From: an uncultured Ktedonobacterales bacterium
Lineage (GTDB): Bacteria; Chloroflexota; Ktedonobacteria; Ktedonobacterales; Ktedonobacteraceae
DNA: 54,288 bases
Assembly: GCA_966427955.1 (NCBI GenBank)
Contig: CBJMBI010000001.1
Coordinates: forward strand, 1-54,288
Reading direction: 5' to 3'
This document shows, piece after piece, positions 42,217-51,339 of the stretch (positions are counted from its first letter, which is position 1; each line of letters opens with the position of its first letter). The translations under genes and the position numbers were made by a program. Below the pieces are notes generated by a model. It was not told the DNA's origin. It did not search any database and was given only the letters and a program-made list of their open reading frames with translations.

Positions 42217-42955
42217 CCATTCCCATAACTACCCAGTCGGGTTGAATGAAGAAGCTACCTTCCTCCGTGCCAAAACTCAAGGCATTTGTAATTAGATTGT
42301 TTGCCATTTCATTTAACTTATCTTGCTCACTCAAAGGAACACCGTATTCGGGAGCCAATCGATGGGCGAGAGAATAAATTAAAGGCTCAATCCAAACTTG
42401 TGGAAAATCGGGAGTGTCTGTACCCGCATTAAACTGATCAAAAGGTCGTTGATACACAAACCAGATTTGCCGATGAGTAGCACTGTATGCATCTGGTGCC
42501 GGCCAGATATTGATTGTACCCTGTTGATTTCCTGGTTGATACCAGAAGTGTACTGGATATCCTTGGTTATTTGGTGAGTTCAGTAAGTTGTAGTTATATT
42601 GCGTATAGATATTCATTGGAATCCGATATGTATTCATCGGATTAGATACATCAAGATTCCATGCTTGTGTTACTTTTAATGGTGCTGTAATGTTTAAATT
42701 ACCAGTCCCAATGCCCAATCCTACTGGGTAGGCAGTCTGTCCTTGCGTCAACGTAAAGAACGTTGTAGTCATTGCCCAGACCGGCATACCTTGGGCATAT
42801 AAGGTAAAAATGATATTATTTAATGCTTCTTGGGCCGCCGTCTGTTGTGTTGATGTGGCTGTACCTCCGTCATTGATTACATCCAATTTACGGAAAGCTG
42901 CATTAATAATTTGATCCCGTGTGTAATTCCAGTTTGCCGATCCAGAGATGGTCAT
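42191..42955 (-). CDS. Tail tubular protein A / gatekeeper (T7 gp11-like)
   Basis: TRDQIINAAFRKLDVINDGGTATSTQQTAAQEALNNIIFTLYAQGMPVW parallels the T7 gp11 segment AVNDILASIGEPP...[21 protein letters not shown], as recalled. Confidence 0.6.
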   Translation of the reverse strand: MTISGSANWNYTRDQIINAAFRKLDVINDGGTATSTQQTAAQEALNNIIFTLYAQGMPVWAMTTTFFTLTQGQTAYPVGLGIGTGNLNITAPLKVTQAWNLDVSNPMNTYRIPMNIYTQYNYNLLNSPNNQGYPVHFWYQPGNQQGTINIWPAPDAYSATHRQIWFVYQRPFDQFNAGTDTPDFPQVWIEPLIYSLAHRLAPEYGVPLSEQDKLNEMANNLITNALSFGTEEGSFFIQPDWVVMGMGGGNPYGQ

Positions 42956-44358
42956 TATCGTCCTCTAGCAATGATATTAAATGACGGTGTTCCTGACGCC
43001 GAGAAAATAGTAACCCCAGAAGGTTGTGGCGACGCACTGTATGATACTACTTGATTGGTTGGAGTAATCACACAAGAATCACACTGTGTCGGGAAGGTCA
43101 CCGGAAAGGCAGTAAAAACCCCTCCGGTACTACTACCAGCATTATTAATGGTTTGGATAATCGTCCCATCCGGTTCATAGATTACGGTAAAGTTCGGATT
43201 ATAGATATTATTGGGTTTCGCGGCACCAAAGACATAGTTATTAAGGCCCTGGTTTTGAAGAGTCGTGCCGCCACTTCCTGGAATCGATGTGCCCACATAC
43301 ACTGTGTTTTGATATGAACCATTCGAGAATACGACGCCCGGACCAGTATTACCAATGATACCACCAACTTGAACGTTATTACCATTAGCTCCTACGTTAC
43401 AGACAATACCGTTGTTGAACGCCCCCTCTTCATTGGTAATCATCCCAATACGAACCAGATCTCCTTCACCAAAGGTATCGAAACCATAGGCGGTAGGTTG
43501 TCCAGAGCACTTAATAGAACCAATGTCCCAGATGTTACCTCGCATATTTGTCTGGTTCGTTTGAGTGGTACCAATTTGGACACCCGTATGTATACATTCA
43601 TGGACGTGACCAAGTGTAATCTTGTTCATTTCGAACGAAGTATTAGCTTGCGGATTTCCCACCAACACGCCATATAAACATACTGGAGGTTGATTGGCTG
43701 CACCAGCACCATTCAACTCATTACATGAGAAGTCAAGGAATGAAATACTAGCTGCCCCGGCACTGGTATCGAAGATCACACAACAATTAGGATTTCCACC
43801 ATTTGTCGCAATTGCATCGATATGAACACGCGAAGCGTCAATAAAAGTCCCGCCATCAACGGGAACCGGATTTACAGGACGAAAACTTACAGCATTACCA
43901 TTACCTTGGTACACAATTTCACCGTTGATTTGGATATCTACTTCATCCATACTGTCAAAGGTAATACCGGCTCCAGTGACGGCAGATGTAAAGATAATGT
44001 GAACCCCAACCATACGAATAGTTGTTGTACGAAGAGCCGGGAAAACAAGACCAGTTGAACAGAAGATAATTCCAAATTGATTACCAGGATAAGGCGGTGT
44101 GGTACACCCAATAACTTCTAGATTGTATCCATAAGTTGTAATATAGTTGATGGCTTCTTGTAGACCATTGGTTGTTGTACCAATCGTCGGGATCACTCCC
44201 CCCGTAGGATTATATAATGTCCAAGTATTCGTCGTACCTGGAGTGTTAATCAATCGAACAACATTATGACTATTAACAAAACTATTTACATTATTCAACC
44301 AATCTGCTGGAACAATAGTTTGAAAATCAGTAAAAGTCATATTAGTGGCCATTCGCAA
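42955..44358 (-). CDS. Tailspike / tail fibre with a probable right-handed beta-helix
   Basis: 467 aa. Repetitive short beta-strand and Gly/Asn-turn pattern. ATGA-type junction with the tubular A gene. Confidence 0.55.
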   Translation of the reverse strand: MRMATNMTFTDFQTIVPADWLNNVNSFVNSHNVVRLINTPGTTNTWTLYNPTGGVIPTIGTTTNGLQEAINYITTYGYNLEVIGCTTPPYPGNQFGIIFCSTGLVFPALRTTTIRMVGVHIIFTSAVTGAGITFDSMDEVDIQINGEIVYQGNGNAVSFRPVNPVPVDGGTFIDASRVHIDAIATNGGNPNCCVIFDTSAGAASISFLDFSCNELNGAGAANQPPVCLYGVLVGNPQANTSFEMNKITLGHVHECIHTGVQIGTTQTNQTNMRGNIWDIGSIKCSGQPTAYGFDTFGEGDLVRIGMITNEEGAFNNGIVCNVGANGNNVQVGGIIGNTGPGVVFSNGSYQNTVYVGTSIPGSGGTTLQNQGLNNYVFGAAKPNNIYNPNFTVIYEPDGTIIQTINNAGSSTGGVFTAFPVTFPTQCDSCVITPTNQVVSYSASPQPSGVTIFSASGTPSFNIIARGR

Positions 44359-44731
44359 CTCCGTTTAATTTTTCATATGTGCGCATACCACCCAGACCAA
44401 GCATACCAATCAATAATGGCATCATTTCGCTAAGATCCGCAGCGTGAAGATTCAAAGGATGTCCAAATAAAGTAGTAAGGAAATTTGCTACAGGTAAGCC
44501 AACCCAGTTCCATGCACAACCACTCCCGCACACCCAACCAATGAATGGTCTCCATCCAGCCACAAAAACACTTTGACTTGCTGCCTCAGCTTTATTAGTG
44601 TCAAGTTGTCCTTGAACAACAGCCACTGCATAAGCAATCTGTTGTTGTTCTTCTTGAGTCTTGTCTGGCCAGATTTTATTAACAACTGTAGTTGCCAGAT
44701 CTGCAACTTCCCCAATTCCTGTAATACTCAT
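44342..44731 (-). CDS. Holin, 3-TM GTA-type (Holin_3TMs)
   Basis: NKAEAASQSVFVAGWRPFIGWVCGSGCAWNW...LIGMLGLGGMRTYEKLNGV matches the family signature. Confidence 0.8.
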   Translation of the reverse strand: MSITGIGEVADLATTVVNKIWPDKTQEEQQQIAYAVAVVQGQLDTNKAEAASQSVFVAGWRPFIGWVCGSGCAWNWVGLPVANFLTTLFGHPLNLHAADLSEMMPLLIGMLGLGGMRTYEKLNGVANGH

Positions 44732-44739
44732 TTTAGTGA

Positions 44740-44937
44740 TTACCTATGAAAGAATTTAAATGCACTGAAGAAAATACCAATGCAACTAATCACAAACCAG
44801 ACGGCCCCAATAAATCCTTTGTATTTATTTAGACTCTCATCAATGGATTTTACATGGGCCAGAACACGTTCCATTAATTCTTTATCTTCTTTTCGCCCTT
44901 GTTCTAAGGCAGCCACTCGCTCATGTAGTTCAATCAT
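44740..44937 (-). CDS. Small C-terminally anchored membrane protein (holin partner / antiholin candidate)
   Basis: A coiled N-terminus, then FIGAVWFVISCIGIFFSAFKFF. Confidence 0.45.
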   Translation of the reverse strand: MIELHERVAALEQGRKEDKELMERVLAHVKSIDESLNKYKGFIGAVWFVISCIGIFFSAFKFFHR

Positions 44938-45373
44938 CTAAATTCACCGTAACAAGATTTTGATTTGTCATTGTAACCCAATTACCACCAGACATTAAGA
45001 GAAGAGTTACGAAAGTAGCTTCATCTGGAATTTCAGGTTGTGGTACTGGAAGGCCATTGGGGAAGCCCAATCCTGGTCGCATACAACCAGCAACTGCTAA
45101 TCCCGCGACCCCACTAGCTCCCTCTGCTGTGCAGAAAGGATAACTAGGATAATTCGGTCCATTAAATTGATCAAAAGAAGTATCTGAAGTAAAGGGAACG
45201 GTAATTCGTTCTTGACGGGTTCTAAGAAAATCCAGAGGCTGACGATTTTCATAATCATCCCGACAAACAATCAAACCGTCCCAACGCTTTAAAGCCGATC
45301 CACTTTTGATCTTACGGTTACAAACCATGCAAAAGACATTCCATTCACCTGATTTGTACCAATTGCGACTCAT
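44930..45373 (-). CDS. Zinc-ribbon protein associated with the tail-fibre genes
   Basis: WNVFCMVCNRKIKSGSALKRWDGLIVCRDDYENRQP. Confidence 0.5.
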   Translation of the reverse strand: MSRNWYKSGEWNVFCMVCNRKIKSGSALKRWDGLIVCRDDYENRQPLDFLRTRQERITVPFTSDTSFDQFNGPNYPSYPFCTAEGASGVAGLAVAGCMRPGLGFPNGLPVPQPEIPDEATFVTLLLMSGGNWVTMTNQNLVTVNLDD

Positions 45374-46725
45374 CCTAAGAACTCCACCTTAATATGAGCA
45401 CCATACTGCATAGCTGTAGCGCCACTTGATGCGTAGTTACTTGTCTGGTATTGGATATTAGTACTTGCTTTTGCATAGATAATAATCGATCCAGTACCAA
45501 AAGCACCTAAAGTATTTGCCGTATTTGTGGGAGTTACTGTTGTCGATGACAAGGCTACACCGGAATCATTATCAGTCCAAAGCACTCCAATATTTGGCAA
45601 CGTCGAAGAAGTAGTCGCTGCTTGAGTTACTGATGCATAACAAGAGATGCGGTACATACCAGCACCACCGGCGGGCACAGCATAAATAGTAGTAGCTGCC
45701 ACGTTAGCTGCTTGTGCTGACAAGTTAGCTTGAGCGTACTCAGCTGGAACACCATTTGCCACCGTATTAATACTATTGTACGATCCTACTGTAGCCATTG
45801 TAATCGTACCAGAACCCTTCGTACTAAGAGTTAAGCCAACATTCGTATCTGATCCTGTAGCGGTAACAGCGGCATTCGAACCAGTAGCAGCACCAGCTAA
45901 TTGAACAAAATTCGCTGGAGTTGTGGGGCCGGTAACCGTAGCCCAGTCCCCAGTGGCGTTACCAATATGCACTGTTGTAGACCCTTTAACAACCAAACCA
46001 AGGCCGACATTGGTGTCACTACCTGAAGTCGTAATGGTTGGCCGATTACCTGTAGTAGCACCAGCAAATGTAACTAAGTTAGTTCCCGAAGCCACTACTG
46101 AGGTATTCCCGGTAACAGTAGTGAAGGTGCCCGCTGCCGGAGTAGTACCTCCAATTGCCGGAGGAGAAGCTAAATAACTAGAAAAACCTGTGCCGCTAAC
46201 CGCGCCACTAGCCGCTAAAGTGGTAAAAGAACCAGTACTAGGAGTCGTTGCACCCACTGAAGTACCATTAATGGAACCGCCAGTAAGGGTTGCTGATGCC
46301 GTCGATAGACTTGATAATGTTGCTAGACCACTTGTACTAAGAGTTGTAAAAGCACCCGTATTGGGTGTAGTATTACCAATCGCCGGAGGCGTTGCATAAC
46401 TAGTCAGTACATAAGCCGTAGAGGCAATTTGAGTCGTATTGGTGCCCGCTGCTGCCGTAGGAACTGTTGGAGTACCGCTAAATCCCGGAGAGATTAGGGG
46501 AGCATAATATGTGGCAACATAAGCTCCATTGACAATTTGAGTGGTACCGATCACCGAACCAGGAGTCGGCGTTGTAGGTACACCAGTAAGGCCCAGGTTG
46601 TGAACAAGAACCGCTAACGGTAAGCCAGTATCTACGGACCCGCCAGTGACAGCATAAAACAAAGATGTCGAGTCTGCACTACCAGTTTGTTGAGTTAGTT
46701 GTGTTACATTTTGATTAGCTGCCAT
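45370..46725 (-). CDS. Tail fibre protein with internal repeats
   Basis: TTQIASTAYV motif. Repeated PPAIG(N/G)TTP..G.FTT and ATGSDTNVGL segments. T/S/G/A-rich. Confidence 0.65.
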   Translation of the reverse strand: MAANQNVTQLTQQTGSADSTSLFYAVTGGSVDTGLPLAVLVHNLGLTGVPTTPTPGSVIGTTQIVNGAYVATYYAPLISPGFSGTPTVPTAAAGTNTTQIASTAYVLTSYATPPAIGNTTPNTGAFTTLSTSGLATLSSLSTASATLTGGSINGTSVGATTPSTGSFTTLAASGAVSGTGFSSYLASPPAIGGTTPAAGTFTTVTGNTSVVASGTNLVTFAGATTGNRPTITTSGSDTNVGLGLVVKGSTTVHIGNATGDWATVTGPTTPANFVQLAGAATGSNAAVTATGSDTNVGLTLSTKGSGTITMATVGSYNSINTVANGVPAEYAQANLSAQAANVAATTIYAVPAGGAGMYRISCYASVTQAATTSSTLPNIGVLWTDNDSGVALSSTTVTPTNTANTLGAFGTGSIIIYAKASTNIQYQTSNYASSGATAMQYGAHIKVEFLG

Positions 46726-46728
46726 TTG

Positions 46729-46917
46729 TTATATCCCACCTTGATTTACTTGGAGAAGACCTCCTCCAGTCATTAAAAGTAAAACTCCTCCAGTCATTAA
46801 ATCAACGTACCAGGGAATTGCTCCGGCAACTGTTGAGTTCCATTCAGTAACACTAGGATACTGGGTGACTCCAGGACCATCTTCTACATGCTGAACAATG
46901 GTAACATTAGAGGTCAT
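46729..46917 (-). CDS. Hypothetical small virion-module protein
   Basis: 62 aa. Confidence 0.4.
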   Translation of the reverse strand: MTSNVTIVQHVEDGPGVTQYPSVTEWNSTVAGAIPWYVDLMTGGVLLLMTGGGLLQVNQGGI

Positions 46918-46925
46918 AGTAATAA

Positions 46926-47318
46926 TTAAGCAGGTTCAAAAATCTCGTAAGCTACTGTACTGGTATCAGTATTAGAGCTAGAGGTAATGGTAAAAGAAGT
47001 GCCTGCTGTACGAGTAGAAACTCGAAGAAAACCGGGAGTACCCCCATCCACTTGGGAAGTTAGAAAAATCCGACTATTTGCCGTAACATTTGTATTTGCA
47101 ACGGTAGCAGAACCTGCAACAAGGGTAACAGTTCCTTGTTTGGCATTTGAGCCCTCAGCTACACGAATCCCAGAACCAGTATTGATTACCGACACAGTTC
47201 CATTAACTTGAAGTGCAGTAGAGTTGAAGTTGTTCGTTGTTCCTACCAATACGACAGGATAATTCAATGTACTTGGCAATCCACCAGAAACACCTTGAAT
47301 AGTGGTAATTGTCGGCAT
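46926..47318 (-). CDS. Hypothetical structural protein
   Basis: 130 aa. Beta-rich, T/S/V-rich. Confidence 0.5.
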   Translation of the reverse strand: MPTITTIQGVSGGLPSTLNYPVVLVGTTNNFNSTALQVNGTVSVINTGSGIRVAEGSNAKQGTVTLVAGSATVANTNVTANSRIFLTSQVDGGTPGFLRVSTRTAGTSFTITSSSNTDTSTVAYEIFEPA

Positions 47319-47324
47319 TTAGAC

Positions 47325-47639
47325 TTACCCCTGTCCAGACGTTTGTAGAATATTGATCGTTACACTGCCCGTACCTGCTGTAACATTCAGACGCATAGCA
47401 GAAATAGGGAAGGCATAGTTCCCGTCTTGACTAGTACTTGAAGCATTAACGAATGCGTGATTAAACCATACCGGTGTAATTGCAGTGTTGTAGATATCAT
47501 CAAAGGTATGTTGTACCGAATACGTCACCGTACCAGTTACTTCACAACCAAAGCCCACGTTAAAAACCTGGGCTCGGAAATCCATAGGAAGGATCGGCGA
47601 AGTACCGACCCCAGTTACAGTTTCAGTAATTCGCCGCAT
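47325..47639 (-). CDS. Hypothetical structural protein
   Basis: 104 aa. Confidence 0.5.
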   Translation of the reverse strand: MRRITETVTGVGTSPILPMDFRAQVFNVGFGCEVTGTVTYSVQHTFDDIYNTAITPVWFNHAFVNASSTSQDGNYAFPISAMRLNVTAGTGSVTINILQTSGQG

Positions 47640-47641
47640 AT

Positions 47642-48103
47642 TTACCTCGTATATTCAATCAAGAAGATCCACGGACCACCTGCCGAAGAGGCAGTACCAG
47701 TTTCTGCATACGTGGCTTTAATCAGGATATCGCCCAATTGAGCACCTTGTCGTTGCAGATTGAACTCCGTCGACGAGCTCACAAACCCAGAGCCAGTTGC
47801 TGTACCCTTGGCATCGTAAGTCCCTAGAGTGTATTGACCACCAGAACCCGGACCAAGCGGAGTAGCCGTAATTGTCACCGTAGCCGTAGTACCAGCGTTA
47901 GAAGCTGCCGTGTTGTTGTAGTACCGGATACCGAGAATCGTTGCATCTTCAGGAAGTACTGCTACCTTAAATGCTGTCGTATTCGAACGGGTAACCTGGA
48001 ACGGAACAATTGCATATTCCTTACGAACCGGATTCAGGGGCGACGGATAATCAGGATTAAGCGGAGTTAAGTCCTGTGCGTTATAACCCATATTATTCTC
48101 CAA
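47642..48103 (-). CDS. Hypothetical structural protein
   Basis: 153 aa. Lies directly downstream of the capsid gene. Confidence 0.5.
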   Translation of the reverse strand: MENNMGYNAQDLTPLNPDYPSPLNPVRKEYAIVPFQVTRSNTTAFKVAVLPEDATILGIRYYNNTAASNAGTTATVTITATPLGPGSGGQYTLGTYDAKGTATGSGFVSSSTEFNLQRQGAQLGDILIKATYAETGTASSAGGPWIFLIEYTR

Positions 48104-48132
48104 TAAGAGGGGGCACGGAGGCCCCCGTTACA

Positions 48133-49047
48133 TTAGACGCCAGCCGAGCCGTACAGGCAACGCGGATCAGTCCAACCAAAGCTGTAACGCGAAGTGGCCT
48201 TGAAGCGGGCATTTTCTGTATCGAAATCATTGTCCATTTCGAATTCGTCACCACGACGTTCAAACATCTTCATACCATTCTTCACATCCGTGCGGATGAA
48301 CCATGCCAGAGAGTTCGTGAAATAGTGGTTAAGGACGATACCCTTCGGGAAACGACCAGTTTGACGGAGTGCGTTGATATCGTTGTTATCCGTACCAACA
48401 CGACGTTCCGTCTTCAAAATACGCTCAGCTTCAAATTCAAGTTGAATCGGAAGAATAAGCGATTCCGGACGAACAGCGATACGCAGACCACGATCGTTCG
48501 TGAAGTTTGCAATATCAATACAAGCCTGCTCAAGCGCCGCTTCCGAGAGGTCAGCAGCCGTAGCGATTTGATTCGACCACGTACCACCAGCAAAGTTCGG
48601 ATGCGAAGCGTTGATCAACGACACACCATCACCGCCAACATACGAGCTGTTGAAAGCACGGTTGTAGACGTTAGCACCAACAACTTCTTTCGTTTGACGA
48701 ACCGAGAAGGCAAGACCTTGGGCCTTACGTTGACCGACCACATCATATTGATCATCTTCCATGATTTCACGGGTAATGATAAATCCGAGAGCATAGACGA
48801 CGTGCGTATAACGCGTCGTGAAGGTTTGGGTTTCGCTATCATACTGGATCGGCGAACCTTCCGGTTTTACATTAGCAAGACCGAACGACGAAATACCAAC
48901 ATCTTCTTCATATTGCTTACGCGATGTGAACTTCTCAAAGAGTTTATCCCATTCAACCGGATACTCATCATAAGCCTTACCATACCATGCATTGACTCCA
49001 GGCCAAAGGGCTTTAGCAAAGCTAGAACTATTAATAATACCAGCCAT
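48133..49047 (-). CDS. Major capsid protein (HK97-fold type)
   Basis: 304 aa, after the scaffold. FEKFTSRKQYEEDVGISSFGLANVKPEGSPIQYD...YTHVVYALGFIITREIMEDDQYD is a pattern typical of podovirus major capsid proteins. Extreme codon bias (see finding). Confidence 0.8.
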   Translation of the reverse strand: MAGIINSSSFAKALWPGVNAWYGKAYDEYPVEWDKLFEKFTSRKQYEEDVGISSFGLANVKPEGSPIQYDSETQTFTTRYTHVVYALGFIITREIMEDDQYDVVGQRKAQGLAFSVRQTKEVVGANVYNRAFNSSYVGGDGVSLINASHPNFAGGTWSNQIATAADLSEAALEQACIDIANFTNDRGLRIAVRPESLILPIQLEFEAERILKTERRVGTDNNDINALRQTGRFPKGIVLNHYFTNSLAWFIRTDVKNGMKMFERRGDEFEMDNDFDTENARFKATSRYSFGWTDPRCLYGSAGV

Positions 49048-49063
49048 TTTCTAATCCTCCTAA

Positions 49064-49696
49064 TTATACACCAGCCGAACCAGTACCAGCGTTCAGTTGA
49101 TGGTTATTGATGTAAACGAGGACTTTGGGGTTAGCCGCAGTGATATCGTTGTCCACCTTTTGAACAGCACCGTGGATACGCAAAGGAAGCGTAGCCGTCG
49201 TAGCAACCGTCGTCCCATCCACCGTTTCACCCGAGAGGCCCGTGGTCGTCGAACCACCAGCATCAGTAACATTGGCGTTCTTGTTGAACGACGTGGCTGC
49301 AATCGTACCCGTATACTGAACTTCAAACACCGTATCCGGTGCGTCAGCAACCAGAACATACGATGCCGTAGAAGCGGCACGATATTGCGGACTATTCAGA
49401 TTAAGAGGATTGATGGTGAAACCAACCGCTACACCAACTGCGGCACTATCCGTACCAGCAACGAACTTAGTGCAACCCGGAGTACCACCAATAGAACCCA
49501 CGCCCGGAATAACAACTTGACCCGCTGTATCCGAAGCAGTGGAGAGTTTTACCAAGTCACCTTGGAAGATTGCCGTACCATCACTGGCGGAGGCAAAATA
49601 CCGAGTAACTTGGCCATTCCACGGACTACCGTCGATGTGCATCACAGGACGGAAGCCATTAACACGACTTACGTTAGCCATCTTATTTATCTCCAA
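49064..49696 (-). CDS. Abundant head protein candidate (decoration or second capsid-associated protein)
   Basis: 210 aa, immediately upstream of the capsid gene. Shares the same total avoidance of TTA/CTA/TCA codons. Confidence 0.45.
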   Translation of the reverse strand: MEINKMANVSRVNGFRPVMHIDGSPWNGQVTRYFASASDGTAIFQGDLVKLSTASDTAGQVVIPGVGSIGGTPGCTKFVAGTDSAAVGVAVGFTINPLNLNSPQYRAASTASYVLVADAPDTVFEVQYTGTIAATSFNKNANVTDAGGSTTTGLSGETVDGTTVATTATLPLRIHGAVQKVDNDITAANPKVLVYINNHQLNAGTGSAGV

Positions 49697-49731
49697 AAAG
49701 AGTATTAAATTTCTGATGGCTTACGGTATAT

Positions 49732-50172
49732 TTATCGTCGACCAGAACGATCAATAGAAATTTTCCCATATTCACCATCAGTTTCATTTGGTCGGAGTGT
49801 TTCTTCCATAGCACGAGATTCTCGTTCATATGCATCTTGGATTTCTTGGAATTCTTCTTTGGAAATCTTCATCACATATGCCCGCATACCCGTACCACCA
49901 TCAACGACCATCGATGCCAAGGAACCTACTTCCGAAGCCTGTTCAGCACGGAAATTCCCAGTATCAATTTCTTCGTTAGTACACAACTGCCAACCATTAT
50001 GTTTCATTAAAGCAACATTGCCCGGAGTATCATTGACAATCCGGTATTCAAAATTAGGATCCTTGCCAAAAACTGCAAGGCGAGGGCGAAGTCCAACCGG
50101 GACTCGCTTGGGGCGCACGCTCGTGGCCTTCACTGCTTGATCTTCTGTGGGGAGAGTATTTCTACGATTCAT
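49732..50172 (-). CDS. Hypothetical head-module protein
   Basis: 146 aa. RPKRVPVGLRPRLAVFGKDPNFEYRIVND... Confidence 0.5.
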   Translation of the reverse strand: MNRRNTLPTEDQAVKATSVRPKRVPVGLRPRLAVFGKDPNFEYRIVNDTPGNVALMKHNGWQLCTNEEIDTGNFRAEQASEVGSLASMVVDGGTGMRAYVMKISKEEFQEIQDAYERESRAMEETLRPNETDGEYGKISIDRSGRR

Positions 50173-50207
50173 TTTATGTATGTCCTCTTGGATAAATATA
50201 CTTATGT

Positions 50208-50999
50208 TTAACGGCTTTTAATATCTTTCAATTGCCGCAGATACTCTTCTTTGGTAATATGACCACCATCGACAAGAGTTTTCATCACTGTCTTCTCGAC
50301 ATCTGACAATTCAATATCCGCTTCCTTAGTACGACCCCGAGGAGTATTCCCCTCTACAGCCGCCGGCCGGTCACGATTTGAATTGTGGAACTTTTCTTTA
50401 AATCGGTCCTTAACTTCTTTTTCAAGTTGGGTCAAGACTTCATTCGGAGCCTTACCTTCTTGTGCTAATTGGACACCTCGGGCATCAGCCCAACCACGCA
50501 TTGCAACATCGGTTTCATACCAACCATTCCGACCCTTCCAACTAGCAAATACCGGATGTTCTTGAGCAACATCTTGAGCAATTTGTTGGACCGGTTCATT
50601 ACGAAGTTGACGTTGTTGCTCTTTAACCAGATCAAGTTGATCGTCAATTTCAACAACCCGTTCAGCATCAGCTTCTGCAATAGCGCGTTTCTTTTCTTCT
50701 TTTAATTGCTTCAGAGCACGTTCGTACTCTACTTGTCGAACTTGTGAATTGTGTTTAGCAAGTTCATTAAGAGCTTTCTTAAGCTCCTTCATTTCCTTCG
50801 ATTGAGATTCAATCTTACGGAATAATTCACCACGACGGATAAATTCCCCTGCATCTACCCACCGTTCCGGATCACCATCAAATTCCTCTTTCGGGACCCA
50901 GCCCATTGAAAGGGCTTCTTGTTGTACCGGACTTGGTTGTTCACCAGGAACATTAGTACCTTGGTTGTTTTGTGCCTCTTGGTTAATTTCCTCAGCCAT
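50208..50999 (-). CDS. Scaffolding protein
   Basis: Acidic coiled coil. GWVPKEEFDGDPERWVDAGEFIRRG is typical of T7 gp9-like scaffolds. Lies between portal and capsid. Confidence 0.7.
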   Translation of the reverse strand: MAEEINQEAQNNQGTNVPGEQPSPVQQEALSMGWVPKEEFDGDPERWVDAGEFIRRGELFRKIESQSKEMKELKKALNELAKHNSQVRQVEYERALKQLKEEKKRAIAEADAERVVEIDDQLDLVKEQQRQLRNEPVQQIAQDVAQEHPVFASWKGRNGWYETDVAMRGWADARGVQLAQEGKAPNEVLTQLEKEVKDRFKEKFHNSNRDRPAAVEGNTPRGRTKEADIELSDVEKTVMKTLVDGGHITKEEYLRQLKDIKSR

Positions 51000-51339
51000 T
51001 TGCTTGTTCCTCTTGGTGGATGGCGATTACATCGTCATCATTAATAACTACTACTGTTTCTTCTCCATCCTTCACAGATTTCCCACTGTGTCGAGCATAG
51101 GTAACTAGAGTACCAATCTTTACCGGAACATCTAGATTATATTTAACTACATAATCCAGGAAAGCCGTCGGACCCACATCCAGGACATAACCCTGATCAA
51201 TCTGGGTATGTTGATACTTACTTTCTTCGGTGACTGCTTTAATAAACCCAAGTTCCTTTAACTTGGCATCAACTTCGTCATACTTCTCAAGTTCTACCGG
51301 TTTTACCACTAAACGATGTAAGACTGCCTTAACGGTCAT
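50992..51339 (-). CDS. GroES / Cpn10-like co-chaperonin
   Basis: MTVKAVLHRLVVKPVELE, GYVLDVGP and VKIGTLVTYARHSGKSVKDGEETVVVINDDDVIAIHQ align by eye with GroES (IRPLHDRVIVKR ... VKVGDIVIF...EEVLIMSESDILAIVE). Confidence 0.7.
   Translation of the reverse strand: MTVKAVLHRLVVKPVELEKYDEVDAKLKELGFIKAVTEESKYQHTQIDQGYVLDVGPTAFLDYVVKYNLDVPVKIGTLVTYARHSGKSVKDGEETVVVINDDDVIAIHQEEQANG

Noticed and set aside
48076-49110. A 344-aa plus-strand ORF, the longest unannotated ORF in the structural arm.
   Set aside because: It is exactly antisense to and in register with the capsid gene. Its R/T/I-rich product has no start context. It is explained by the sense strand avoiding TTA/CTA/TCA. The same applies to 49097..49708, 45923..46399 and 37195..37623.
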